Assembly (NCBI GenBank): GCA_043753995.1
Contig: JAYUVP010000155.1
Location: forward strand, 1 to 20,802
DNA from: Fibrobacterota bacterium
GTDB lineage: Bacteria > Fibrobacterota > Fibrobacteria > UBA11236
DNA: 20,802 bases
Reading direction: 5' to 3'
The position numbers were made by a program, and so were the translations under genes. A model generated the notes under the pieces. The model had not been told where the DNA came from and made no database searches. It worked only from the letters and a program-made list of their open reading frames with translations. This document shows positions 8,343-15,951 of the stretch, one piece after another (the first letter of the stretch is position 1; the number at the start of each line of letters is the position of its first letter).

Positions 8343-9139
8343 TCCTCAAAACTCCCGATTGGCCCGCCCGGTGGCGGCATATTCGCACCGAAGGAAAAAT
8401 GCTTACTGCGCAAGGGGCTTCGCGGCCCGATCAAGTCGCGGCGAATGCGTTTACAAATTCGGAGCAAGAATTCAGTCATGTCGACTTGGTTTTGCTTCAT
8501 CCCTGCTTCGGCCTCGGCGCACCGCATGATCCTTCGGGTTTGCTTCTGAGCATGGCCCAACCCGCCAATGCCAATGAAGCCGCCGAAGCCTTGCATGCCG
8601 CCTTGCCCCTGAGCGCGCGCGAGCGGCCCGTGGCCTTGGGCATTTGCGCCACCGATCCTTTTTTATTGCGCGATTTTGCCTTGCGAAAATGGCGCGATGC
8701 AGGCGTAATTGGCTTGGTGAATTTGCCCACCGTCGCCGCCCTGGATGGCTTGTATCGCGCCGACTTGGAGGCCAGCGGCATGGGCTATGAACGCGAAGTC
8801 GATTTGATGATAGCCGCCAAAGCCCATGGTTTTTTCACGGTAGCCTTGGCCTTCACCCCCTCCGAGGCCGAGCAAATGGCGCGCGCAAAGGTCGACGCCT
8901 TGATATTGCATTTAGGCTGGACTTTCGGTGAAGGCAAAGCTGAAAGCAAAAGCGAAGGTCCACGGGGCTTGGCTGCGCATGTCCACGAATGGCGTAAACT
9001 CGAAGCGGGAGCGCGTAAAGGCAATCCCGACGTTTTATTGCTGCTCGCTGGGGATGCCTTGCTTCGCGGGGAAGATCGCGAGGCATTGGCGCAGATTCAA
9101 GTCGATGGGGTGATGGAGACGGCAAAACCTTTGGAGTGA
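8339..9139 (+). CDS. PEP-hydrolase-like TIM-barrel protein (TIM-barrel signal transduction family), divergent
   Basis: NANE, PVALGICATDPF, GVIGLVNLPTVAALDGLYRADLEASGMGYEREV, MARAKVDALILHLG. GTGA overlap with the UPF0261 stop codon. Confidence 0.8.
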   Translation: MILKTPDWPARWRHIRTEGKMLTAQGASRPDQVAANAFTNSEQEFSHVDLVLLHPCFGLGAPHDPSGLLLSMAQPANANEAAEALHAALPLSARERPVALGICATDPFLLRDFALRKWRDAGVIGLVNLPTVAALDGLYRADLEASGMGYEREVDLMIAAKAHGFFTVALAFTPSEAEQMARAKVDALILHLGWTFGEGKAESKSEGPRGLAAHVHEWRKLEAGARKGNPDVLLLLAGDALLRGEDREALAQIQVDGVMETAKPLE

Positions 9140-9166
9140 TTTGCCGTCGATTGGGCAAGGCAAAAA

Positions 9167-9182
9167 TGTGACCTAGCGCACA
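9167..9182. promoter_or_regulatory. CRP/FNR-family-like binding box
   Basis: AAAA-TGTGA-CCTAGC-GCACA has one mismatch to TGTGA-N6-TCACA and lies in the intergenic space before the phosphoesterase gene. Confidence 0.35.
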
Positions 9183-9266
9183 TCGCCCCAGGGATGATGC
9201 GATTACTTTCAGATCGTGCTTTCAAAAAAGAATTGGAATACACCCAGCCATGGTGAGGCGCGCCGC

Positions 9267-12200
9267 ATGGGCGCTTTGCATGCCTGTATTTTATACCCTT
9301 CCTTGGGTTCTCCCGCCATTTTAGCGGGGAGCCGGATTCTGCAGTTATTGCTGCTAGGTCCAGCCAATTTGAAGGCTCAAGATATTGCTGCCCGCCTTGC
9401 CTTTGTGCAGGATGCTGAATCCTTAATTAGCATCAAAAAGAGCCGCGAATGGGGCGGAAGCTTACAGCGGCCTTTATGCGACATCTCGAAATTGGAATCG
9501 GGTGGCGAGCCTTGTATTCTGGTCGCAGAAGTGACCGATACTCAATTGCCTGAGCTGGAATCCATGGGTTTCAAAGGGCTTTTGCATGCTGATTTACTGC
9601 AGTCCATGCAAGGCAAAAAAGCAGTGCCGCAAAAGCGAGCCTGTCCACCGCCGCCTGACGAAGAAAAACCCGACGACCCGCATTCGCTGGATTCGCTCAG
9701 CCAAAAGCTAAAGGCTCTCACCCATTTATATGCGGTGACGGTTAATTTGGACAAAGTCGATGAGCCTTGGCTCAGTGAGCTGAAAAAGGGGCGGCGATTC
9801 TTTTTGCTCTGGCGCGGTTATTTGACCGGCGCGCGGCAAGAATTGCATGAGCAATGGTTACATGCCATGCTCCGCGACACCCTCGACGAAGAGGGTGAAC
9901 CCCTCTTTATAGGCAAACGCTTGCAGGGAGAGCTCATCGCCAGGGCGAGGCAGAGCGGCATGTATCCTGCCCTGCCTGGTTTAACCTTACAGGGCAATTT
10001 TCCCGCGCCCGATACGGAAACGCCGCTCACCGATTATCACCCTTTCTATGTCTATCCCGCGGGCAAAACCTTGAATTGCGCGTTCATGAGCGACTTGCAT
10101 TTGGTGACCAAGTTCAGGTATCTCAAGCATTCAGGGGTGCGCATAGTACCCGGTGTTCCCGATATGGGACCGGTTCATGCCCATCAAGTCGGTCCGCATG
10201 ATTCGCCAACGATGGGTGACCAATTGCTGGATTCGGTCGACACCTTGGCCGGGCACTTCAAGGCCGTGCAAAATCATCCCCTGGCTGACGTGCTTATGCT
10301 CGGCGGCGATCTGGTCGACTTTCACGAAGACCATTATCCCCAAGATTTCGAGGCCCCGTTTTACGAGGCCGAGAAAAATGCGGCCAGTGAAGCGCCCACC
10401 AAGGGCAAATCCAAGCCGCATGAAGTGATTTGGGAAGCTTGCACTATAAACAAGGATGCGGCCCAATTGCGCAAGCGCTTTCAGGCGGGTACCGGGACTT
10501 TGGGCCTTTATCAAATGGTCTTGCGATTTGTCCTGAGCGGCGAAAAACCAGTGGTAGTTTTGTCTGGAAATCATGATGCATATCACAAACCTTTCGGCAT
10601 TTCTCCGCGCGTGGTGGTCAAAGAGGGAGATGTCGCCCAAGGTGAAACTTATTTAGAAGCCAGCAAGGGCAATGAGGGCATACCTGCCGATACCAATTTG
10701 ACTGTGCTCGAGGCTTGCCTAGCCTTTGGGCCGTCCTATGGGCGCTATGTAAAGGCCTTGAACTTTAATGCCGATGTCATGCAGATGTTTTATCTGCTCT
10801 ATACCCCGTTTCGCACTTGGACGGCTGGGTGCGGCATGAAACGCCTTTTGGTTCTTGATTGGGGTGACGACGAAATGATGTTTCTCAATCAGGAGGGAGC
10901 GTTTGGCCACTTGCCCACAGCGAATAAGGCCAGTTCAAGCGATGACCTGAAAATTGTGAGATACGTCCAAGAGAAAGCAAAGCCCTCTGAGGTCGTAGCG
11001 CTTTCGCATTTCACCTTTGCATGCTTTGATCCGCAAATCGCCTTTCAAACCTCTCCTGAAAAAGTCGAGGAAGTGGAATTCGATGTGGTCAATGGCTGGA
11101 ACTTCGACATACGCAGTCCCAAGGCCACCCTTTATAATGTCGGATCTTCGCGGGTGAATCGCGATGAAACCTATCGGTTTTTGCTCTCAAATAAAGTTTC
11201 GGTGAGTTTGGCCGGGCATGCCCACCGCGCCGGTTTTTATCGGATGAAGCGCAATGGGTCCACGATAAAAGTGAAAGGATATCCACTCCATCATTTTGAG
11301 GCCCTTGCCAATGACTATTACGAAGGTGAGCCCGTGATAGCCGTATCCGATTCTGCAGGACCCATTCCGCGAGAGAATAGCGGCACTCTGCAAGGCTGGG
11401 GCAGCCAGACCTCTTCGTGGACCTTGGTCACCTTTGACCCGCGTGGGCGGGTGGCAGATTTGCAATCGATTCCCTATGCGGGAAAAAATGCCACGCCCCG
11501 TTTGGCGGTTTCACTCGACTATGTCGAAATCGCACGCATCAATGCCTACTTCAAACTCGGTATGCAATTACGCCTAAATGAGGGCGATACCCTGAAAAAA
11601 CTCGAAAAGGCAAAAAACGAAATCGTTCGGACTCCGAGCCATGTTAAGGCAGCCGGCAACGCCTCCTCACGCGCCGGCTTAGCCATGCTCGACACCCTCT
11701 TAAGCCCCTTCACGGCCAGCGAAACCGTGCAAGCTTGGCGCGATGGCTTGGCAAAAGCGGCAACCGATCTCACCGAATCGAAAAATCGCCGCGAGCAACG
11801 CATGGAAATTGAAAGGCTGATAGAAGAAGAACCCATTCATCTCGCAGGACTTGAAATCGATACCGCCGATGGAGATTTCACGGTGAAGGCCGGGCCTTTG
11901 CATGAGCCGGAGAAAATGGGTGTTCTGTCCGAGGAGCAGCGCGATGAAACCGGGGCTGGCTTTTTACCCAATGTCTTGACCACCTGGGTGGGTGAGGACA
12001 TTACTGCATTGCAAATCAGGAGGCGAGAAAATTGGGCCGTGAAATTCCATTTTCATCGCGATGCCATTCATTTGCCCCCTGATTGCGCTATCACACAAAT
12101 GGCCTTGTATTTTCGGTTGCCCGAAGACAAGAAAGCCATTGACCCTTGGTATAAAATCCCCTTCACTCCAGAGCAATATCAGGCTAAGGGTCAAATCAAG

Positions 12201-12437
12201 GGGGCGGGTGAAGGTGGGGAAAAACTACTCCGTGAGATGAAATACAATAGACCTTTTAAATTAAGGGCATTTATTGCCGTGGAATTGAACGGTGGTTCTA
12301 AATACCAAGCAAAAGATTTGTGGATAGTACCCGCCATTCTTTACTTTCTTTGCACAGACAATACCTCTCGATTGATTGTGACACGCCATGTCTTTGCCGC
12401 CGAAAACCCTAATTTCAAAGAGCGACTTGAATCATGA
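9267..12437 (+). CDS. Large calcineurin-like metallophosphoesterase domain protein
   Basis: Metal-binding motifs in order: MSDLH (~10086-10100), GGDLVD (~10302-10319), SGNHD (~10563-10577), LSH, LAGHAH (~11208-11225). ATG 9267 has a GGTGAGG RBS; GTG 9216 is an alternative start. Confidence 0.8.
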   Translation: MGALHACILYPSLGSPAILAGSRILQLLLLGPANLKAQDIAARLAFVQDAESLISIKKSREWGGSLQRPLCDISKLESGGEPCILVAEVTDTQLPELESMGFKGLLHADLLQSMQGKKAVPQKRACPPPPDEEKPDDPHSLDSLSQKLKALTHLYAVTVNLDKVDEPWLSELKKGRRFFLLWRGYLTGARQELHEQWLHAMLRDTLDEEGEPLFIGKRLQGELIARARQSGMYPALPGLTLQGNFPAPDTETPLTDYHPFYVYPAGKTLNCAFMSDLHLVTKFRYLKHSGVRIVPGVPDMGPVHAHQVGPHDSPTMGDQLLDSVDTLAGHFKAVQNHPLADVLMLGGDLVDFHEDHYPQDFEAPFYEAEKNAASEAPTKGKSKPHEVIWEACTINKDAAQLRKRFQAGTGTLGLYQMVLRFVLSGEKPVVVLSGNHDAYHKPFGISPRVVVKEGDVAQGETYLEASKGNEGIPADTNLTVLEACLAFGPSYGRYVKALNFNADVMQMFYLLYTPFRTWTAGCGMKRLLVLDWGDDEMMFLNQEGAFGHLPTANKASSSDDLKIVRYVQEKAKPSEVVALSHFTFACFDPQIAFQTSPEKVEEVEFDVVNGWNFDIRSPKATLYNVGSSRVNRDETYRFLLSNKVSVSLAGHAHRAGFYRMKRNGSTIKVKGYPLHHFEALANDYYEGEPVIAVSDSAGPIPRENSGTLQGWGSQTSSWTLVTFDPRGRVADLQSIPYAGKNATPRLAVSLDYVEIARINAYFKLGMQLRLNEGDTLKKLEKAKNEIVRTPSHVKAAGNASSRAGLAMLDTLLSPFTASETVQAWRDGLAKAATDLTESKNRREQRMEIERLIEEEPIHLAGLEIDTADGDFTVKAGPLHEPEKMGVLSEEQRDETGAGFLPNVLTTWVGEDITALQIRRRENWAVKFHFHRDAIHLPPDCAITQMALYFRLPEDKKAIDPWYKIPFTPEQYQAKGQIKGAGEGGEKLLREMKYNRPFKLRAFIAVELNGGSKYQAKDLWIVPAILYFLCTDNTSRLIVTRHVFAAENPNFKERLES

Positions 12438-12456
12438 AACAGCTCATCCGTGGAGA

Positions 12457-13650
12457 ATGGCTGTCTTGGCAGGATTCATTTTCCTTTTACTCACTGGCTT
12501 TTCCATGAATCCCTTCTTGATTGGGCAAATCCGAGAAACCCTAGGCAACCCTGCCGAGTTCAACCAAAAGTTGGGTTCGAAGGCGAATTCCTTATTCATG
12601 AGCACCTTTCCCAAGGGCAAAGCCAAGGGGCTGCACTTTGAGGACTGGACTTTCAATCGCGTCACCTTCGAGGAAGTGGAATGGGATTCCATTAGCTTTG
12701 TGAATTGTTCCTTTACGAATTGCACCTTCCGCTTTTCAAAGTTGAACCAAATCAGTTTTAAGCAAACACCTCTGAATGATGTGACCTTTGCGGGGACCGA
12801 AGTCGTGAATTCCGAATTCGACGGAGGAGAATGGCAAGACATTAGCTTCAAGCGAACTGAAGGCCATGACCCAGATTTCAGGGAAATCACCTTGAAAAAC
12901 CTCACCTGGCATAAGACCGAGTTGCATCGTATTATAGGCGACCATTGGAATGTGGTGAATTGTCGCATCGAAAACAATGATTTTAAAGACATGGAACTTT
13001 ATTTTTCCCGCTTTGAAAAAACCTTGTTTCAGAAAAACAATATGTGGAACACGCAATTGAAAAAGGCTCAATTTTTCGATTGCGAAATCAGGCACAATGT
13101 TTCTTTTGGTATGTCTGGTGGGCGTCACTTTGAGAATTGCAAACTTCAATTCGATAAACTTCCCATTATAGGGGGTGATGGGGTACCTGAAGATGATCTA
13201 TTTAATTGCCACATTGAATTGAAAGACATTGGTTTTACATTCAGTGCAGGTACAGGTGGCCATACTGTCTATGAAAATTTTAGGCCTTCGATTTATAAGC
13301 CTGAAGGTAATTTGGGTTTCGGATTCGGCATAGACGTAGAAGGTTCTGAATGCAAACACAACACCTACCGCAATATCAAGGCTAATAACGGAGATTTTGG
13401 CCTACGTGGCACCTATCGCGATTGCCTTTTCGAGAATATCGAAATTGACAATATGGTTCTCGACTGGGCTGTCTTTGAGAATTGCAAATTCAAAAATTTC
13501 AAGCTTAACAAGTCCCTCTTCGTCGAAGACGCCAAGTTCATCAATACGACTTGCGAGAATTGCATCATCGCTCCGGGCATTGAAATCATTAGAGACGCCA
13601 AGCGCATTGATTCCTATCCCGGCTTGCCATTCGAGATTCCCAAGCTTTAA
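12457..13650 (+). CDS. Pentapeptide-repeat protein with an N-terminal hydrophobic (signal/anchor) segment
   Basis: 5-residue periodicity in FEDWT FNRVT FEEVE WDSIS FVNCS FTNCT F and again in YRDCL FENIE...FENCK FKNFK. Hydrophobic MAVLAGFIFLLLTGFS. Start is uncertain (TTG 12427 or ATG 12457). Confidence 0.8.
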   Translation: MAVLAGFIFLLLTGFSMNPFLIGQIRETLGNPAEFNQKLGSKANSLFMSTFPKGKAKGLHFEDWTFNRVTFEEVEWDSISFVNCSFTNCTFRFSKLNQISFKQTPLNDVTFAGTEVVNSEFDGGEWQDISFKRTEGHDPDFREITLKNLTWHKTELHRIIGDHWNVVNCRIENNDFKDMELYFSRFEKTLFQKNNMWNTQLKKAQFFDCEIRHNVSFGMSGGRHFENCKLQFDKLPIIGGDGVPEDDLFNCHIELKDIGFTFSAGTGGHTVYENFRPSIYKPEGNLGFGFGIDVEGSECKHNTYRNIKANNGDFGLRGTYRDCLFENIEIDNMVLDWAVFENCKFKNFKLNKSLFVEDAKFINTTCENCIIAPGIEIIRDAKRIDSYPGLPFEIPKL

Positions 13651-13673
13651 TCCCCAACCCTTTTAGGCTATGC

Positions 13674-14558
13674 ATGCCCACCTTTCAAGGACAAAGCGAT
13701 CAAGTTCTCAAGATTAAGCTGCAAAGCTTTATCGTTGCGGCCCAATGGCTGGAACCGATAGCTTCGGCGGGTTGTGAAACTATTCTTGAAGTGATGACGG
13801 CCTATGTCGGCGATACCGCGCCCATTGAAATATCCGTGATGGATGCTATGGGCAAGGAATGTTTGAAACTACAAGGCGTGGTCCTCAGCCAGATTTTCCG
13901 GGCTCGCATCAACTTGCCCTCCGACATCGTGGGACCTTTGCGGTTTAAGGCCAAATTGCCGAAGCATAGCCTCGAAGCCCAGTCCGGAGAATTGAAAGTC
14001 CTACCTAAGATTCAAGTGAAAAACCTGCGCTGGTTGAATGGTGAAAGCCAAGCGATATCCGAATGGAAGGACGGCACTCTACTCACCTGCGAAGGTCAAT
14101 GCCTTGGGGCCGAAGAAAAGACGGAAGCCTTGATTGTGCTTTCGGTGAAAACCGCTCATGGACTCGCCGAATGGATTCAAGCCATTGCCCAGGTGGAGCA
14201 AGGCAAGGCCAAGGCAACCTTTGCACCCAAGTATGCCGAACGCGCCGACAAGCTTAAAACCCAGTCCCAATTGCAGCCCACTGGCGAATCGTATGAACAG
14301 CCAGAATTAGTCTTTCAGCTCCGCTGTCTCGGAGCTTCGGCAAATAGCCAACCCCTGCCTGTTTTACAGACCAAGGTTTTGCTCTATGAAATGGCACCGG
14401 GTCAGGCGGGCAAATTCGCGGGCAAAAGCATTAAGGTACTTGACCCGTCGGGAGCTACAACCTCCTACTCCATACCCAAGGATGGTCGAATCGAAATTGT
14501 GAAGACCAAGCCGGGTCGGTATGAAATAGACGAGAGCGAAGTGGCCCATTTGATGTAA
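13674..14558 (+). CDS. Hypothetical beta-rich (Ig/transthyretin-like fold?) protein
   Basis: 294-aa ORF starting 23 nt after the previous stop on the same strand. No signal peptide; beta-strand patterning; C-terminal KVLDPSG...IPKDGRIEI...PGRYEI. Confidence 0.7.
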   Translation: MPTFQGQSDQVLKIKLQSFIVAAQWLEPIASAGCETILEVMTAYVGDTAPIEISVMDAMGKECLKLQGVVLSQIFRARINLPSDIVGPLRFKAKLPKHSLEAQSGELKVLPKIQVKNLRWLNGESQAISEWKDGTLLTCEGQCLGAEEKTEALIVLSVKTAHGLAEWIQAIAQVEQGKAKATFAPKYAERADKLKTQSQLQPTGESYEQPELVFQLRCLGASANSQPLPVLQTKVLLYEMAPGQAGKFAGKSIKVLDPSGATTSYSIPKDGRIEIVKTKPGRYEIDESEVAHLM

Positions 14559-14636
14559 AATGGCCTCTCTTCAAAAGGTCAGCTATCGTCCCTCTTAAAG
14601 AGGTCTCTTCTTTGCCTTACCTAACCGGGAGGCAAC

Positions 14637-14984
14637 ATGGAACAGCTTCACAAACCCCTTAAAATCAGTCTTTTAGCCAGCCTCGGGCCTTGGCTATTGG
14701 CCACATCATTGCATGCTGGTAATCACCGTTGGATGGGCATCAAAACCCCGCCTTCCTTGGTGATGGACAGCCTTCCGCGTTTATCCCCGATTGTCAAAGA
14801 CACGAATTGGTTTCAGCATTTGGGCGATATTCATTGTTGGGTTTGCCCCGAAAATCGATCCAGCCTGGCTTTCATCGATAGTCTTACCGGGGATACCTTA
14901 GAATTTCAGCTCAGTCCGTCTTTTTGCAAAACCCTGCGTGAACCCCTGCTGAACCGAACCTTATTTCTCCTCGGCTGCCGCTAA
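14637..14984 (+). CDS. Small hypothetical exported protein
   Basis: Strong RBS GGGAGG before the ATG; signal-peptide-like LLASLGPWLLATSLHA. Confidence 0.6.
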   Translation: MEQLHKPLKISLLASLGPWLLATSLHAGNHRWMGIKTPPSLVMDSLPRLSPIVKDTNWFQHLGDIHCWVCPENRSSLAFIDSLTGDTLEFQLSPSFCKTLREPLLNRTLFLLGCR

Positions 14985-15016
14985 AGAAAGGGGAAAGCCA
15001 AGGGAAACAAATGGTC

Positions 15017-15532
15017 TTAGGGCTTTAATGTGGTGTCAAGCTTGGCCGTAGTAGCGCTGTCAGGGTTTAACTTGGTTGTGTCGGCCGGTGGAGTGGCCGG
15101 CACCTCGACGTTGATCACCTTGATGCGCACCGTTTGCTCAATCGCGGGATCATAGGGAATATGATCGCCTTTGGCAAAAACCAGGGAAAGACTGTGTTCA
15201 CCCTGAGGCAAATGCAAAGTGTCTTCGCTTTGTCCTTTACCATAGTGAATGTGCTTTTCGTCTTTGGGAATCATCACCTTTGCCTCCGGGGCAGGGACGT
15301 CAATGAGAATGTGAAAATGCCCTCGCCCCTCCTGCACCCCCATGGAGGCAGGCTCTACAATCAGATTTTCTGCCTTCATTTCCACTACGAAAGGGCTGTG
15401 AATTTCAGCGCCATCGGTCAAGTTACCGAAATACACCTTTTTCACAGGTGCCTTTTGACAGGCAAAAACTCCGACAATCAGGCACAATCCGAAATAACGA
15501 CTAAGACCGGTTTTCAATAGGTTATTCATCAT
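15017..15532 (-). CDS. DUF4399 domain lipoprotein
   Basis: Lipobox VFAC; motifs VYFGNLTDGA, GHFHILID, HIHYGKGQSE, LPQGEHSLSLVFAKGDH; AAGGGG RBS. Confidence 0.85.
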   Translation of the reverse strand: MMNNLLKTGLSRYFGLCLIVGVFACQKAPVKKVYFGNLTDGAEIHSPFVVEMKAENLIVEPASMGVQEGRGHFHILIDVPAPEAKVMIPKDEKHIHYGKGQSEDTLHLPQGEHSLSLVFAKGDHIPYDPAIEQTVRIKVINVEVPATPPADTTKLNPDSATTAKLDTTLKP

Positions 15533-15599
15533 TTCCCCTTTTAGTTTGGTTAATAAACATTCAAATATGTTTACATGTTAGTAATATTGTTTAAAACCC

Positions 15600-15920
15600 C
15601 AGTTTTCAACAACTTCCCTGGACTTTTGTTGAAAAACTCATCACAAACCCTCTTTTTTACGTTTTTTCACAGTTTTAAATGTTGAAAAGTGGTTTTTCCT
15701 TGGGTTTGTGTTGGGTGGCTGTGAAGTCCTGTCTAAAACCTGTTTTCAACATTTTATCTTAGGGAAAACTTTGCTTGATTGTGAATTTTTGAGGCATTTT
15801 ATTCCTGGTTTCAAATCAGTTATAAGTCCAATAAAAACCATACCTTACAATGATTTTTAAGACTTTTTAACACCTATGCACGACCCTATTCCTATTCCTA
15901 ATGATCTTGATCTAAAGAAG
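15600..15920. other. oriC: Probable chromosomal replication origin (DnaA boxes plus DnaA-trio unwinding element)
   Basis: AT-rich non-coding region. TTTTCAACA at 15603(+), 15627(-), 15680(-) and 15743(+); TTTTTCACA at 15663 (exact TTWTNCACA); TTTTAGACA at 15730(-). Tandem TTTTTAACA (15864) and CTATGCACG (15874) are followed by ACC and nine triplets with a central T, CTA TTC CTA TTC CTA ATG ATC TTG ATC (15886-15912). Confidence 0.7.
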
Positions 15921-15951
15921 AATTAGGAAACCGGTGAATTGTGGGGAAACC

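Noticed and set aside
12457..13650. Qnr/MfpA-type quinolone resistance protein
   Set aside because: About twice the usual length, has a hydrophobic N-terminal segment, and the repeats are irregular and Phe-centred.
14591..14603. CCTCT-TAA-AGAGG hairpin as a terminator
   Set aside because: Only a 5-bp stem with an interrupted U-tract; too weak to call.
15823..15847. IHF-like site in the origin region (AAACCATACCTTA)
   Set aside because: Two mismatches to WATCAANNNNTTR in AT-rich DNA; not distinguishable from chance.
15540..15950. CRISPR array or ncRNA in the long intergenic region
   Set aside because: The repeats are 9-mers in both orientations with irregular spacing, there are no cas genes, and no stable GC-rich stems; DnaA boxes explain the pattern better.
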